Of a stretch of DNA of 64,000 bases, positions 15,150 through 29,974 are shown in pieces. Source of the stretch: the human T2T-CHM13v2.0 reference genome, Homo sapiens. The position numbers were made by a program, and so were the translations under genes. How positions within the stretch are numbered: position 1 is the first letter of the stretch; each line of letters begins with the position of its first letter. Under the pieces are notes generated by a model that ran no database searches, had not been told where the DNA came from, and worked only from the letters and a program-made list of their open reading frames with translations. The DNA lies in NCBI RefSeq assembly GCF_009914755.1, contig NC_060932.1; one strand, 5' to 3'.

Positions 15150-15830
15150 GGAAGTGGAGAGGCTGCAGGGAGGTGCGGGCCCCCAGCGCCAGGGGTGCAG
15201 AGTGGGCAGGCCGGGTGCTAACTGCCCAGGGGTGTGGCAAGCAGGGCCCTTGCTAAGGGTGCTTCCCAGACAGCCGCTGCAGGCTGTGGCCTTGATCAGG
15301 GAGAGTGGGAGATGAGTGCCCTTGTAGCCCGTAAGGGGCCGGGGCTCAGCGAATGGAGCTGCTCTCGGCAGGAGGCTTCCCTTCTCCTCCTCATCACATC
15401 CGCTGGAGTGAAAGGAAGAAAAGGATCTCAGGAAGAAGGCCGAGTGGGAGCAGGCCCTGTGCAGCCGCAGGCCCCCCAGTCCCCCTTCTGTCTCTTACAT
15501 AACAGAAGAGACTGCTCTCTCCCGGCTCTCCAGGCGAGGAAGCCGAGTGTGTCTGCTGCGTGTGTGTTTCTGCTGCCAGCCACTGCCCAGAGGGGCCACC
15601 GGGCGCGTCACAGCCTCTTCAGCCTAGTACTGAGGGCGGAGGAACTCCTGACTCATCCTCAGCCCTGAGTACTGCAGAGCCGCTGGCCAGCTGCCTGCCT
15701 GGGTCACACGGCTGCCTCTGATGGCCGGAACCTAGCAGAAGGGGGGCTTTCGGAGCCCCTTTCCACAGGCAGTCCCGGCCGGTGGGGAAGAGGATCCCAC
15801 CGTGGTTTTGCGAAGAAGATAACGCCATGT
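15150..15830. promoter_or_regulatory. CpG-enriched, GC-rich unique segment (candidate enhancer/promoter)
   Basis: Many retained CpGs outside any repeat; GC box GGGCGG 15634-15639; AP-1 TGACTCA 15649-15655; E-box CAGCTG near 15688; AGATAA near 15817. Confidence 0.4.
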
Positions 15831-17679
15831 TATTATGCATTCATGCTACAAAGACATAGTGACTCCCAGAAGGGCTGGGTGCTGCTCTGGGCAGTGGAGC
15901 CACAGCAGCGAAAAAAATGAATGAGAAACCCTGCACTTGAGGATCACATGTTTCTAGTGAATGAATGAGTGATGCTAACCAGATTCGTGAAAATTCTGTG
16001 CAGCCTGAAGCTGAGGTTGTCCCATGGGGCATCCCCATCCTGTGCCCTGCCTCCACTCCAGACCCTGTGCTGCCTGGGCTACCTTATCTTGCCTCCTGGT
16101 CCTGGCCACCCCTGGAGTCAGTACAAATTATATGGAAGGCCAAGATTAGATCCAGAGCTGTGGGCCTCTTCTACCTGCCTGGCTCACATCACAGCCTCCA
16201 AAAGGAACAGACTTCCCTAAAGCCTGGTTTTTGGCAGAGCTTGCAAAGGAAGACCTGGACGTGCTCAGCCAGACAGAGACAGAGGTGACTCAGGAAGAGT
16301 CAGCGTGGGGTTTGCTTAGAAAAATCTCCCACGCAATTTGAGCTTAGGTTGGGCCAAAACGGACATCCTGGGAAGCTCACATTGTGGACAATAATTTGTC
16401 TGGTGGATTTGGAGAGTTCATTCAGAACTCCACACTATCCAGGTCTTTGGTGGGCTATTTGGGATACAAACAGGAGAGAGGGCCCTGGGGGAGCCTTGAG
16501 GTTAGTTGGGCCATTCGGGCTCAGTGCGCCATGTTGCTCTGTGGTATCGCAGTGCCTTGCAAATGCCCTGTAGCAGATGAGGACACAAATTAGACACTGA
16601 GGGCACTGGAAGTATTTTGGGCATTTCACCTGCCCAGCACTTCTTCTGGCCACTGCACCATCATTTTCCCTTGGAGAAATCTCTGGTCTTGGTGGAATTG
16701 CCAATCAAAATGCCTGCCTACAATGGATACCCCCATGCCCCCAGGCCAGCCTATCAGACTCTCTTTCTCTTGAGCAGACATGGGAACAGCTGGCATGAAT
16801 TTGTCCCAATAGGACCATCCATGTGATTGTGCTCCTCAGATCCCAGCTGGCCGTGATTCCTGTCCCTCCAAGCCTGGTTATTCAGTTCTTTCTGCTACTC
16901 TGGGAACTACTTGTATCTGTCTCATACGTTCATTTTCTTGCCTAGATTAAGTTGTTTTCTGTTGCTGGCAACCTGAGAACCCTAAGTGATAGGAAAGCCA
17001 ATCTGCAGCTTGCCCTTGGACCTCATCCTGCACAGGGAGAGGTTGAAATAGGTCCAACCAGGGTCACAGGGTCCCCGGAGCCCTGCTTTCCCCAGTGATG
17101 GTGAAGCCCTGGCAGGAGGAAGGCCAGCAGGCAGAGCCGCTTCTGTCCTGTGATGTCGTGGAAGAGCTGGCCTGCCCCTACTCTTTGGCTGGGTGGTCAA
17201 TGTTGCCATTAAGAAAATTCCTTGATAGCTTGCACCACGGTTTCCAGAATGTCCTTTTTACCTTACTCCTGTTCTGGATAGAAGGGAGGGGGCCCCTCTC
17301 AGTATGTGCCCAGCGTCCGGCCTGGCCTCCCAGCTCTGACTCTTAACAGGCCTGGCTCCAAGGTCGCTGTCTCCCTCCTTGATCTACTCCTAAAAGCCCT
17401 GAAGCTAGTTCAGTGCTAGTAGACATGGAAAGTGTTAGAGAAGAAAGAACAAGACCTTTAAGTAGTATCAAACTATCAGCCGCAGCTCTGCCGCTTGCAA
17501 GGATGGGTCAGTTTTGCTGCCTATTACATCTCCAGTGCCAGCTCCTGGTGGTTCTGGAGTCCATCTGCTTTTAAGGAGGGCAGGTGCTTCCTTCTCCCCT
17601 TGAGTTTCCATAGCATCCTATCCCTGTACCTGTCTGCCTGCCGCACTCACCATGCTAGTTTTGGAATATGCTGCCCTAG

Positions 17680-17827
17680 GAGGTAGGAAGCACTCTCCTT
17701 CAGTGAGTTCCCATCCAGTCTGGAAGACCACCTACCAGGGATGTTTTAATGGAATGCAAGCTCAAAATTGGAAGTTGGACTAAATGAACATTAAGATCTT
17801 TTCTAACTTGGGATTTGATTATTCTGT
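17680..17827 (+). mobile_element. L3/CR1 (or MIR3) 3' end
   Basis: gttggactaaatgaacattaagatcttttctaac...gattattctgt matches the CR1-type tail. Confidence 0.6.
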
Positions 17828-17849
17828 ATTTCTATTTTAAACTTTTAAA

Positions 17850-18410
17850 ATATTTTTATTAGGACTTGTTTCAAGCATACAGAAAAGCACAAAAATAATA
17901 CAACAAATAACAAATGCATACGTAACCACCTCCTAACTGCCAGATCCTAACTTTTGCCATGTTTGTTCCCGATACAAATAAACCCTGTGCAGATTTGTTT
18001 TTCTAATGAAATATTTATTAAGGTGTAATTTACATATAACAAAATGAATGGATTTTAAGTGTGCGATGTGGTAAGATTTGACAAATGTGTACATCTGTGC
18101 CACCAGCACCCCGGATAAGATATAGACCTTTCCTCATGCATCTTTTCCAGTCAATGCCCCCTGCCACAGGCAATCACTGTCCTACTTTCTCTCAACACAG
18201 ATCAGTTTTGCCTGTTCTAGAACTTTATATAAATAGAATCATACAGAATGAACTCTTTTGTGCCTGGCTTCCTTTGCTCATCACAGCGTTTCTGGAATTC
18301 TTCCACATTGCTGCAAATATTAGTTGTTCTTTCCTCTTTATTTCAGAATAATATTTCATTGAATAAATGAATATACTACAATTTATCTATTCATCCAATA
18401 ACAGTCCTTT
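17850..18410 (-). mobile_element. Old L1M 3' end fragments
   Basis: Two antisense L1 termini (about 17855 and 18010): tttattaaggtgtaatttacatataacaaaatg..., gttttgcctgttctagaactttatataaatagaatcatacag. Confidence 0.82.
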
Positions 18411-18417
18411 GGATGCT

Positions 18418-19146
<729 letters not shown>

Positions 19147-19443
19147 AGGAGTTAGCAGACTGCCCACTGTGGAATCCACTTGGTCCTCTTGCTTCCAGAT
19201 TATCCTTACTTCCTGGAAAAACAAACCTTCCAGGATATAGGGACAAAAGGAAAATGTTAAATAGGGAGGAATGTCTGGGGGATGGGGCTGGAGATAAGGA
19301 CCAGGAGGTTGACAGTTTCCAGAATAAAGAATAAGAGGGGTTCTCTCTCCTGCCCCCAAACCCCATACCTTATTCCTCTTATTCCTGTATACTGATAGAA
19401 CCAAGCACAGCACTTCTCCCATTTAGGATCAAGAAATTCACCT

Positions 19444-19792
<349 letters not shown>

Positions 19793-20465
19793 CTACAATT
19801 CAACAGTCATTGCCATTGAGGCGATTTTCCTGCTCATGTTTTCTCTTTCTGGGTCCAATTCAGAAATGTTTTCTGTCAATATGTCAGTGTGGGTGGAAAA
19901 AAAAAAACCTGGAAGATTTTCTGTTTTATATCCTTGTTGATAAACTCACAAACAAGGCCCCATCGCCTTCAATGGGTGATAGAAGGGTAGGAAATTCTCA
20001 TCCTTGCAGGTCTAAAAATAAGTCCTTGTTGATGATCTGGACAATCTGATTGCTTGAAAAAGCAGCAGCCTGGAGTTTTACCACATGAAACAGAGGGTGC
20101 ACTTCCCTGGCTGGGCCCAGGACACCAGAATAATAATAAAGTTGACCTTTTGCAAAGGAACATTGAGAACCTTGGGGCCATGGCTTTCCCCACTCTCTCA
20201 TTTTATGGCCCTGTACTGAATTTCGTATAAAATATCTGAGTACATATTTTAGTGTAAACGTCGTTTATTTCCTGTTAGGACTTAAAGTGGTTTATATATT
20301 CAGCCTGACCTTTGAAGAAGATATGACACGAATAGGATTTTGAAGGATTTACTTTATGGAAGATCTTGAAGATTAAAGATCGTTCAGTCAATAAAAAAGA
20401 CTTTCTTTTTTCCTACTTGTTGCCTAACAGAACTGATGGCCTCAAATGTTTCCTTTTGCTGGCTT

Positions 20466-21304
<839 letters not shown>

Positions 21305-21616
21305 TGACTCAACCAAACCAATAAGCCTGTATGACAACCAAGGATGCATGAGCCATCTCCAAAGAGGTGCAAAGAAGGAGTCCTCACAAGATCCAGAGCC
21401 ACCTTACAAAGACAACAAAAAAAGGCACCTGGAGATGAGCAGGAAGACAAGAGCTGTTCACAGGAGGGAAGAGGATCAAGAACAAATGGGTAGTGCAAAA
21501 AGTCGAGTCACACAAATACATAATCAAAACAAATAATTCAAACAAATTCTTTTTTGTTGTTGTTGTTTTTGTTTTTTGTTTTGATCCGAGTTAAGGGATT
21601 TACGTCTTCCAGAAAT

Positions 21617-21692
21617 TGGTTCCCTGACTTGGAATCAAACCCAAGCTACAATGTGGAAGTGCAGAATCTTAACTACTAGGCAAGTGACAGGG
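21617..21692 (-). pseudogene. Decayed tRNA-Glu copy with encoded CCA, inside the ERV internal sequence
   Basis: tggttccctgacttggaatcaaaccc...gaatcttaactactag aligns with the reverse complement of tRNA-Glu (TGGTTCCCTGACCGGGAATCGAACCC...GAATCCTAACCACTAG); many differences fall at CpG positions. Confidence 0.75.
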
Positions 21693-21782
21693 TAGAGTGA
21701 GTGCCTTTTTTTTTTTTTTTTTTTTGCAAATCCCACAGGGAACCCAAAGCAGGCGGTGTGAGTGTACAAGGGATTTTTAACG

Positions 21783-21936
21783 TTTTTTTTTCTTTTTTTA
21801 AGAAAGGTCTTACTCTGTCACCCAGGCTGGTGTGCAGTAGAGCAATCAGCTCACTGCAGCCTTGTCCTCCTGGGCCCAAGGCCCATCTCAGCCTCCTGCG
21901 TAGCTGCAACTACAGGCATGCACCACCATGCCTGGC
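21783..21936 (-). mobile_element. Alu right-arm monomer (FRAM/AluJ fragment)
   Basis: ggtcttactctgtcacccaggctgg...caccaccatgcctggcc. Confidence 0.85.
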
Positions 21937-21976
21937 CACTTTGTTTTCAATCTGTTAAAAATCTTGCCAAATGAAT

Positions 21977-22293
21977 TCTTTTTCTTCTTTCTTTTTTTTT
22001 TCCAGCAGAGTCTTGCTCTTTTGCCCAGGTTGAAGTGTAGTTGGAGTGCAATGGTGATCTCGGCTTACTGCAACCTCCGCCTCCAAAGTTCAAGCGATTC
22101 TCCCACCTCACCCTCCTGAGTAGCTGGAATTACAAGTGTGCACCACCATGCCCAGCTACTTTTTGTATGTTTAGTAGAGACAGGGTTTCACCATGTTGGC
22201 CAGGCTGGTCTCAAACTCCTGGCCTCAAGTGATCTGCCCACCTCAGCCTCCCAAAGTGCTGGGATTACAGGTGTGAGCCACCGTGCCTGGTCC
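21977..22293 (-). mobile_element. AluS
   Basis: Full antisense dimer. Confidence 0.94.
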
Positions 22294-23453
22294 AAAATAA
22301 TTTTCAAGGCTGTATTTCTTTCCTATCTTTTCATAGGTACCAGTAAGATTGCTATTTAAGATGTGAGCTCTCTAAAAAGTTTTAAAAATATATATGGCCA
22401 TATACTTATCCCATAAGTGACTCAAGCCGATGAGCCTTTTTCATAAAAAGTCCCAGAGGTAAATTTCCAGGTTTAGAATATCATGGATGTTAGTGATATT
22501 TTTTAAAAATGGTCACAGAAAATGCAGCCTCCATGATTCTCCGAAAATTCACTACCAGAAATAGACTAAGCTAGCAAAAAGACTCTTGTTGCCACAGATG
22601 GTTAAGAATGGTGTTTGTGCATATGGTGCCTCCAGGACCCACATACTTGTTGGGTGGGAGGGCTTGCCAATCGCAGACCCATTAATCTGTGACCCCAGGT
22701 GGGCCCTCCTGGGATTGGACTTTCCCAGGAGTACCAGGCAACAAGAGTTGAGACAACAAAAGCCCCTCATGGAGGGGACCTCCTATTAAGATAAACTCCC
22801 CTCAGAGCTTGGCATGCTAGGAACAGAGAGTGTGCTGCTTAAAATTTGAACATGTCTTGTCATCCCCAGTGCTTTTGGACTGGCCACCAGACATGACTTG
22901 AAAATCATGCCCCTCGGATAGCAGATGGTGGGGGGCTCCCACTTGGTCACAAATCAAGCTCTCAAGGACATCAAACAAGATGAGAGGTGAACCTCATCCG
23001 ATCTTTATCTCAGAGACCCACAGTACAATTTGCTAGTCTGATGAGAACAAAAATCATCAATCTTTAAGGGCTCAAGGAACAGGTTTAGAGGGGCATTAGG
23101 CTCATGCCCTACCCTATGATACCCCTCTTTGTGACAAAATGACACAGGAAGACAAAGACAGGAAAAACAAGGACTATTTCTGGGGGGAAAAAGATCAGAC
23201 TATGAATATTCTTAACAATAAATACATCAGAGTCGCTAAACCTAACACTAGTTACACAAATACTTTTCTCCCATTCATCTTAAACTTGGAAAAAGAAAAA
23301 GAGACAAACAGTGACTTTTATCATCCGCTCAACTGGATTCCACATAAAAGAGACCAGGAATCTGACCGGTAAGAATTTCTTACCCTTCTGCCAGCTTGTC
23401 AGGTCCTGGGTTCCCTTGACTGCAGCTTCCAGAAAAGCAGAGTGGATTTGGTT

Positions 23454-23471
23454 GTCCTGCTCACAGTGCCA
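23454..23471 (-). other. Retroviral primer-binding site, tRNA-Ser(CGA)-type
   Basis: Minus strand reads TGGCACTGTGAGCAGGAC, 4 nt after the LTR end; the complement of the tRNA-Ser(CGA) 3' end is TGGCGCTGTGAGCAGGAT (16/18). Confidence 0.75.
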
Positions 23472-23475
23472 AAAC

Positions 23476-24127
23476 TGCAGGGGCCAAGGGAAAACTTTCT
23501 CGCCACGCTCTGAAGGTTTGCAGAACACCAACTGACAAGAGGCAGATTCACAGGAAAAAAGGCATATAGAATTTATTTTAACCTGCATTGGGGGGAACCA
23601 TAGGAAATCAATGACCCCGTAACCTGATGGGTTACAGATGCTTATATACCCTTCATAGGGGAAAGCTGGAGAAATGTGGACGGCTTTGAGAGGTATAGTA
23701 AATGATTTTTAGGATAATTCAATGGGCTTGGAGAACATACGATGGCCTGGGACAATGTCTGTTGGGTCCACAGAGCAGACAATGGCTGGTAAAATATTCT
23801 CTTTGAAATACTGAATGGGACTGAAGCAGAAGACAATGGTTTGTGACAAGTCTGTCCAGGTGTGTTGATAAGCTTCAGCCTTTCTTCCTGCGATATGAGC
23901 TTGGTTAATGAAAACTCAGGGAAGGGACCAGAAGTGATTGTTTTCTTCTTTGGTGGGTGCAGACTTTAGGCAGATAAGGGAACTTCAGAGAACAGCTTCA
24001 TCCTGCACTTTGGGACAGAGAGAAGATTGAGAGACAGGAGGGGGAGGTCAGAGAGACCTGGAGGCTGCTTCTGTAGTCCAGCATGTCAAAGTGCCGTTTT
24101 TTAGGTATCCGTTTCTGAGCCTCAACA
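23476..24127 (-). mobile_element. ERV1 5' LTR (LTR29/LTR48/MER34-39 group)
   Basis: Minus strand begins TGTTGAGGCTCAGAAACGGATACC...CTTTGACATGCTG and ends ...CCCCTGCA; followed by a PBS. Confidence 0.85.
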
Positions 24128-24914
24128 GCACCATCCTTTCTTTCAAGGGGCAGCTGGGGTTTGGAGAAGATGGAGCTGGTCCCAAATTCTGCCTTTGTCC
24201 CTCACCAGCTGTGGGACTGTTGCTGACACACCTAAGCAAGTCCAGACACTCAGCAAGCAGCAGGGGTCACCTGGCAAAGACCACGACCTTCTGAGATAAG
24301 TGGGCTGAGGTCTCTTTCCTCAGCCATGTTCCTAATAGTGGATAACGATGAAAGCGAGTCTTCAACTAAATTCTACTAAGCATACAAATATTTATTAGCA
24401 AGCTGGTATAAAGAGTCCTGCAACCTGGTCACCCAACCTGTCCTGTGTCACTCAGACAGGTGCCTTGCCTGGAAGGTTTGCTCAGAAGTGCAGGGCACAT
24501 TTTTGTTAGGTCCACAGGGAATGGGAAAGACAGAATCAATAGGAATGTCCCCTGGCATGAAAATGCCTGACTTGCCTTTTTAGCCTCAAATATGCAAGGC
24601 CACTGGAGGCTGTGTAATATTTCTAACCAATGACCTCTTTTAGAATGAATCACCTATTCATGTAGCCAATACAACTATTTCTAGCATCCCTTATGCTAAT
24701 AAACTCTCTAGTGTAGCTTTTCATACTATAACTTAAATGCTAAGTAACTACCTTTGAAGATATTGATCCTTGATTAAGTCACTTCATCTGTTAACCACTC
24801 CTGGAAGGCTAGGTCCTGATTTGTCCTTGAATGCTCACTAACTGCCCGCAGTGTATAAATTAGAAGCATCTTGTACAAGTATCACACTGTTTTTATGGGC
24901 GTATTTTTAAAGTT

Positions 24915-25187
<273 letters not shown>

Positions 25188-25224
25188 TTAATTTTAGAGT
25201 GAGTTAACTACTGCAAAAGCAATG

Positions 25225-25345
25225 CAGCAGTGACCAAGGACAAATTACTTAACCTCTTGAAGATTCCTGTTCCCCATCTGTGGAATGGCAATATCATTAT
25301 CTTGTAAGGGCATACTGTGAGCATTAAAGGAAACAAATGTATAGA
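25225..25345 (+). mobile_element. MIR fragment
   Basis: gtgaccaaggacaaattacttaacctct...catctgtggaatgg...gtgagcattaaagga. Confidence 0.75.
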
Positions 25346-25374
25346 AAATAAACCAATACACACACATACAATTT

Positions 25375-25440
25375 TGTGTGCATGTGTGTGGGGGTGTTCA
25401 TGTGTGTGGGGGTGTGCATGTGTGTGGGGGTGTGCACATG
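25375..25440. repeat. Short GT-rich tandem repeat (catgtgtgtgggggtgt x3)
   Basis: Seen directly. Confidence 0.8.
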
Positions 25441-25924
25441 AGTGACAGGCACATAGTATTTCTAAATGTGAATCCTCTGCACTTCCCTCTTAAGATATCT
25501 AAGGAATGAAAAGGAGAACGTGACAGGGTGGGATAAGGAAGCACAGATACGGAATAGTGGAAGCCAGAGGAAACCTGAAGGATTCTTTAAGATCATCAGA
25601 GGCATCTCCCAGCCTTCTTTTAGAAATGTCCCCTGGTAGAAATTAACATTAAGAGGGAAATTCAGCAAAACAGAGAGACTCAGGAATTTTTCAAAGAGGT
25701 TTCCCTCTGAGTTTTTCATCAAAAATATTCCAGATGTCCATTACCCTAATGCCTCGGAGTGATAGGTCCTTATCAGATTACAAAGGAGAGACTGAGGCCT
25801 CTGGGGCTGTGCAACAGCCTGGCCTCGGGTGTCATTGTGAATTATCCTTACTCATGATGCTCACAAACTTCCCTGAGCCTCACATTCTTCCTGTAAACAT
25901 GGGGCATAACAAAATCTACTTCAC

Positions 25925-26252
25925 AGCCAGGCATGGTTGCTCACACCTGTAATCCCAGCACTTTGGGAGGCTGAGGTGGGCAGATCACTTGAGGCCAGGA
26001 GTTTGAGACCAGCCTGGCCAACATGGTGAAAACTTGTTTCTATGAAAAATACAAAAATTAGCTGGGTGTGGTGTGCATGCCTGTAATCCCAGCTATTTGG
26101 GAGGCTGAGGCTCAAGAATCACTTGAACCCGGGAGGCAGAGATTGCAGTGAGCTGACATCCTACCACTGCACTCCAGCCTGGGCGACACAGTAAGATTCT
26201 GTCTCAAAACAAAAACAAAAACAAAAACAAAAGCAACAACAACAACAACACA
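25925..26252 (+). mobile_element. AluS inserted in a MIR fragment
   Basis: Full dimer with (aaaac)/(aac) tail; MIR-like ccctgagcctcac...ctgtaaacatgggg upstream and cacagggttgt downstream. Confidence 0.93.
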
Positions 26253-26548
26253 AAAGACACACTTAGTTCACAGGGTTGTAGCGGGTGGCATTGGGAATGT
26301 TTGACTTTGACAAACCATTTGCTGAAATTTGTTAAAGAACTTTTTTTCTGAAGACTGATTTTCTGATTTTTAATTTTTTAATTAAAAAATTTTTAAATAG
26401 TAGGTGTTTATATTAATGAGGTATATGGGATATTTTGATAAAGGCATACAATGCATAATAATTACATCAGGGTAAATGAGACATGCATCCCCTCAAGCAT
26501 TTATCCTTTGCATTACAAACAATCCAATTATACTCTTTTAGTTATTTT

Positions 26549-26852
26549 ATTTTAATTTTTTTATTTTTTTGAGAGGAAGTCTTCCTCTGTCACCCAGGCT
26601 AAAGTGAAGTGGCACAATCTCAGCTCACCGCAACCTCCACCTCCCAGACTCAAGCAATTCTCCTGCCTCAGCCTTCCAAGTAGCTGAGATTTACAGGAAT
26701 GTGCCACCACGCCAGGCTAATTTTGTATTTTTAGTAGAGACAAGTTTTCTCCATGTCGGTCAGGCTGGTCTTGAACTCCTGACCTCGGGTGATCTACTCG
26801 CCTCAGACTCCTAAAGTGCTGGGATTACAGATGTGAGCCACCACGCCCAGCC
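26549..26852 (-). mobile_element. AluS
   Basis: Antisense dimer; TSD ttttagttatttta. Confidence 0.93.
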
Positions 26853-26891
26853 TTTTAGTTATTTTAAAAATGTACAATTAAATTATTATTG

Positions 26892-27226
26892 AGACTGGGT
26901 GTGCTGGCTCACGCCTCATCCCAGCATTTTGGGAGGCCAAGACAGGGGGATTGCTTATACTCAGGAGGTCAAGACCAGCCTGGGCAACATAGTGAGATCC
27001 CATCTCTACAAAAAATTTAAAAAATGAGCTGGGTGTGGTGGTGTGTGCTTGTGATCAAAGCTGCTTGGGATGCTGAGGTAGGAGTTTCACTTGAGCCCAG
27101 GAGCTCGAGGCTGCAGTGAGCCGTGATCACATTACTGCACTCTAGACTGGGTGACAGAGCGAGACCCCATCTCAAAAAATACATACATACATACATACAT
27201 ACATACATACATACATACATACATAC
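26892..27226 (+). mobile_element. AluJ with (TACA)n tail microsatellite
   Basis: Dimer followed by (acat)n at about 27180-27226. Confidence 0.93.
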
Positions 27227-27946
27227 TGAATATGGTCACCCTGTTGTGCTATTAAATACTAGATCTTATTCACTCTATTTTTTTTTTTGTACCTATTAAC
27301 CATCTCCTCCTCTGATTTTTAAGTTTTGGCATGAAAAAGTCAAGATTGTGTCAGACAGCAGGATAAGGCCTCAGATCAGGGCAGTTGTTTAGGGAGGAAG
27401 CTCTGTTTCTTAAGAAGATGTGTGGGAATAGGAAGTGGAAATAACAGGAAAGGAAATTGGGAGTGAACAACAACCAGAAATTTCCTTCCTTAAAAAGGAA
27501 GGAAAGTAAAAGAGGCATCTCCTTTCTTTAAAAAAAAAAAACCGTCCTCCACCTCCCATCCCGCTCTCAGACCGTCCCCTGCCTCTCATCCCACTCTTTG
27601 GTTTGAGGCCTTTGGTTGGAGGCCTTTGGTTGTCTCTGAGCAACAAACAGTTGCAGAGTCCCTGCGCACTGCTGAAGCCTCTAATGCCATAGCATCCATC
27701 GCGGGGGCCAACGAGGTAAGCTGTACCTTCTCCAGGGCTCTGGACAGACCCGGGCTTACCCACACCACCCCTTGCCTTGGTTCCAGAAAGGGACTTGTCT
27801 GTGCAGAGGTTTTGGAGAGAAATTCAGTTTTCTTCTTTTTCTCCTTCTCTGTGGAATCTTGGATGATTCTTTCTCTTTCACATACTGTGAAATGATGGAG
27901 TTCATTGTTTCACACTCACACACAGATGCCTCCCTCTTTCATGTAA

Positions 27947-28250
<304 letters not shown>

Positions 28251-29126
28251 TAAGTGATGGGCTTTAGATGCACCAGGACTTCAGAATTTGGGGTCCACCC
28301 TGTGTCTTCACTCTTCAGCTTTGTTTAACAAAAACCCAAACAACCCCCAATTTCAGCTCAGGATACTCAGGTCTGCCTCTAGCTTTTTTTGTTTCTGTTT
28401 CCCTTTCCCCTCTGTGCCTACCTTACCCCTAATTCTTCACATCCTCCTGCCCAAGAAAAGTTTTATCTATCTGTCCAGGTCTTTGCTTGGGGAAATCACA
28501 GAAATTATAATATGCCACCACCCAGGGCAAGCCATACTTTAAAGAGCTTGGCAGTTGAGAGTTGAGGGGAAGAAAAGGAAGACGAGATCCTCATAAAATG
28601 TCGCAATACATAATTTTCTACTTTTGTGTTTGTTTTACTTCAAATAAAGCCTTGCTTTATCTGATCTTTATACACCTGAAACCAGGTTCTCTCTCTCTTT
28701 TTTTCTCTCTCTCTCTTTTGCCAATCACTACAAACTTGATCCCCGGGGGGAATTACATGGCATCCAAATTCATATTTGTGTACTTGAGGTTAGGGAGCAT
28801 ATTTTATTTTTCCTTATATGTGGTTTCTCTGACTCATTTGCTGTTTTTCTTTTCCTCTGATAGGTGACCAAAATGACAAGTCTTCAAGTCTGTTCCAAAA
28901 AATAGCTGAGAGCAGAAGCAGAGTCCTCAGAGCATCCTATGTTCCAGGCATGGGTGACAGCCACACGATAGGGCGGAGGGACACGCACAGGTGACCCCCA
29001 CAAGCTGGTGTGCACAGTATGTGTGCTCCAGAAGCAAGCCCAGGCCCGGCTTTCTTATAAAGGGAAATTAACTTAGATTGGGAGTGTGCGAATATATGGC
29101 TAATATATGTTCATTATAAAAAGTTC

Positions 29127-29424
<298 letters not shown>

Positions 29425-29446
29425 TCAGACTAGTAAGACATTTTGC

Positions 29447-29722
29447 CCATAATCCCAGCACTTTGTGAGGCCAAGGCAGGCAGATCACTTGAAGTCAGGA
29501 GTTGGAGAACAGCCTGGTCAACATGGTGAAACTCTGTCTCTACTAAAAATGCAAAAAATTGGCCAGGCTGGGTGGCAGGTGCCTGTGATCACAGCTACTC
29601 AGGAGGCTGAGGCAGGAGGATCACTTGAACCTGGGAGCGTAGGTTGCAGTAAATAGAGACGGTGCCACCTCTGCGCTCCAGCCTGGGCGACAGAGCAAGA
29701 CTCCATTTCAAAAAAAAAAAAA
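29447..29722 (+). mobile_element. 5'-truncated AluS, tandem to the previous Alu
   Basis: Begins at taatcccagcactt; poly(A) at 29710-29722; gacatt on both flanks. Confidence 0.92.
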
Positions 29723-29974
29723 TGACATTCTGTGCATAAAAAAGAATCCCACTGTCTACCCATAATTACTAATAACATTACAGTATGTATCTTCCCTGTC
29801 TCATTATAATATATAGACAGTTTTTTAAACAAAAAATTACATCACGCAAGTGCTTATTTTTTAACAACCAAAACATGGAATCATACTACAAACTTGGTAC
29901 CTTGATTTTTAACTTACCATGTTGTAGACATTTAACCATGTTGATATATAGATTTACAATGTTGTTATTGTTGG

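Larger units (their letters stand above)
26370..27310 (-). mobile_element. L1MA 3' end split by two Alus
   Basis: tattttgataaaggcatacaatgcataataattacatcagggtaaatg...ttacaaacaatccaattatactc...gtcaccctgttgtgctattaaatactagatcttattc. Confidence 0.88.

Noticed and set aside
21617-21692. Functional tRNA-Glu gene
   Set aside because: Heavily mutated stems and anticodon arm, an encoded CCA and an ERV context; kept only as a relic.
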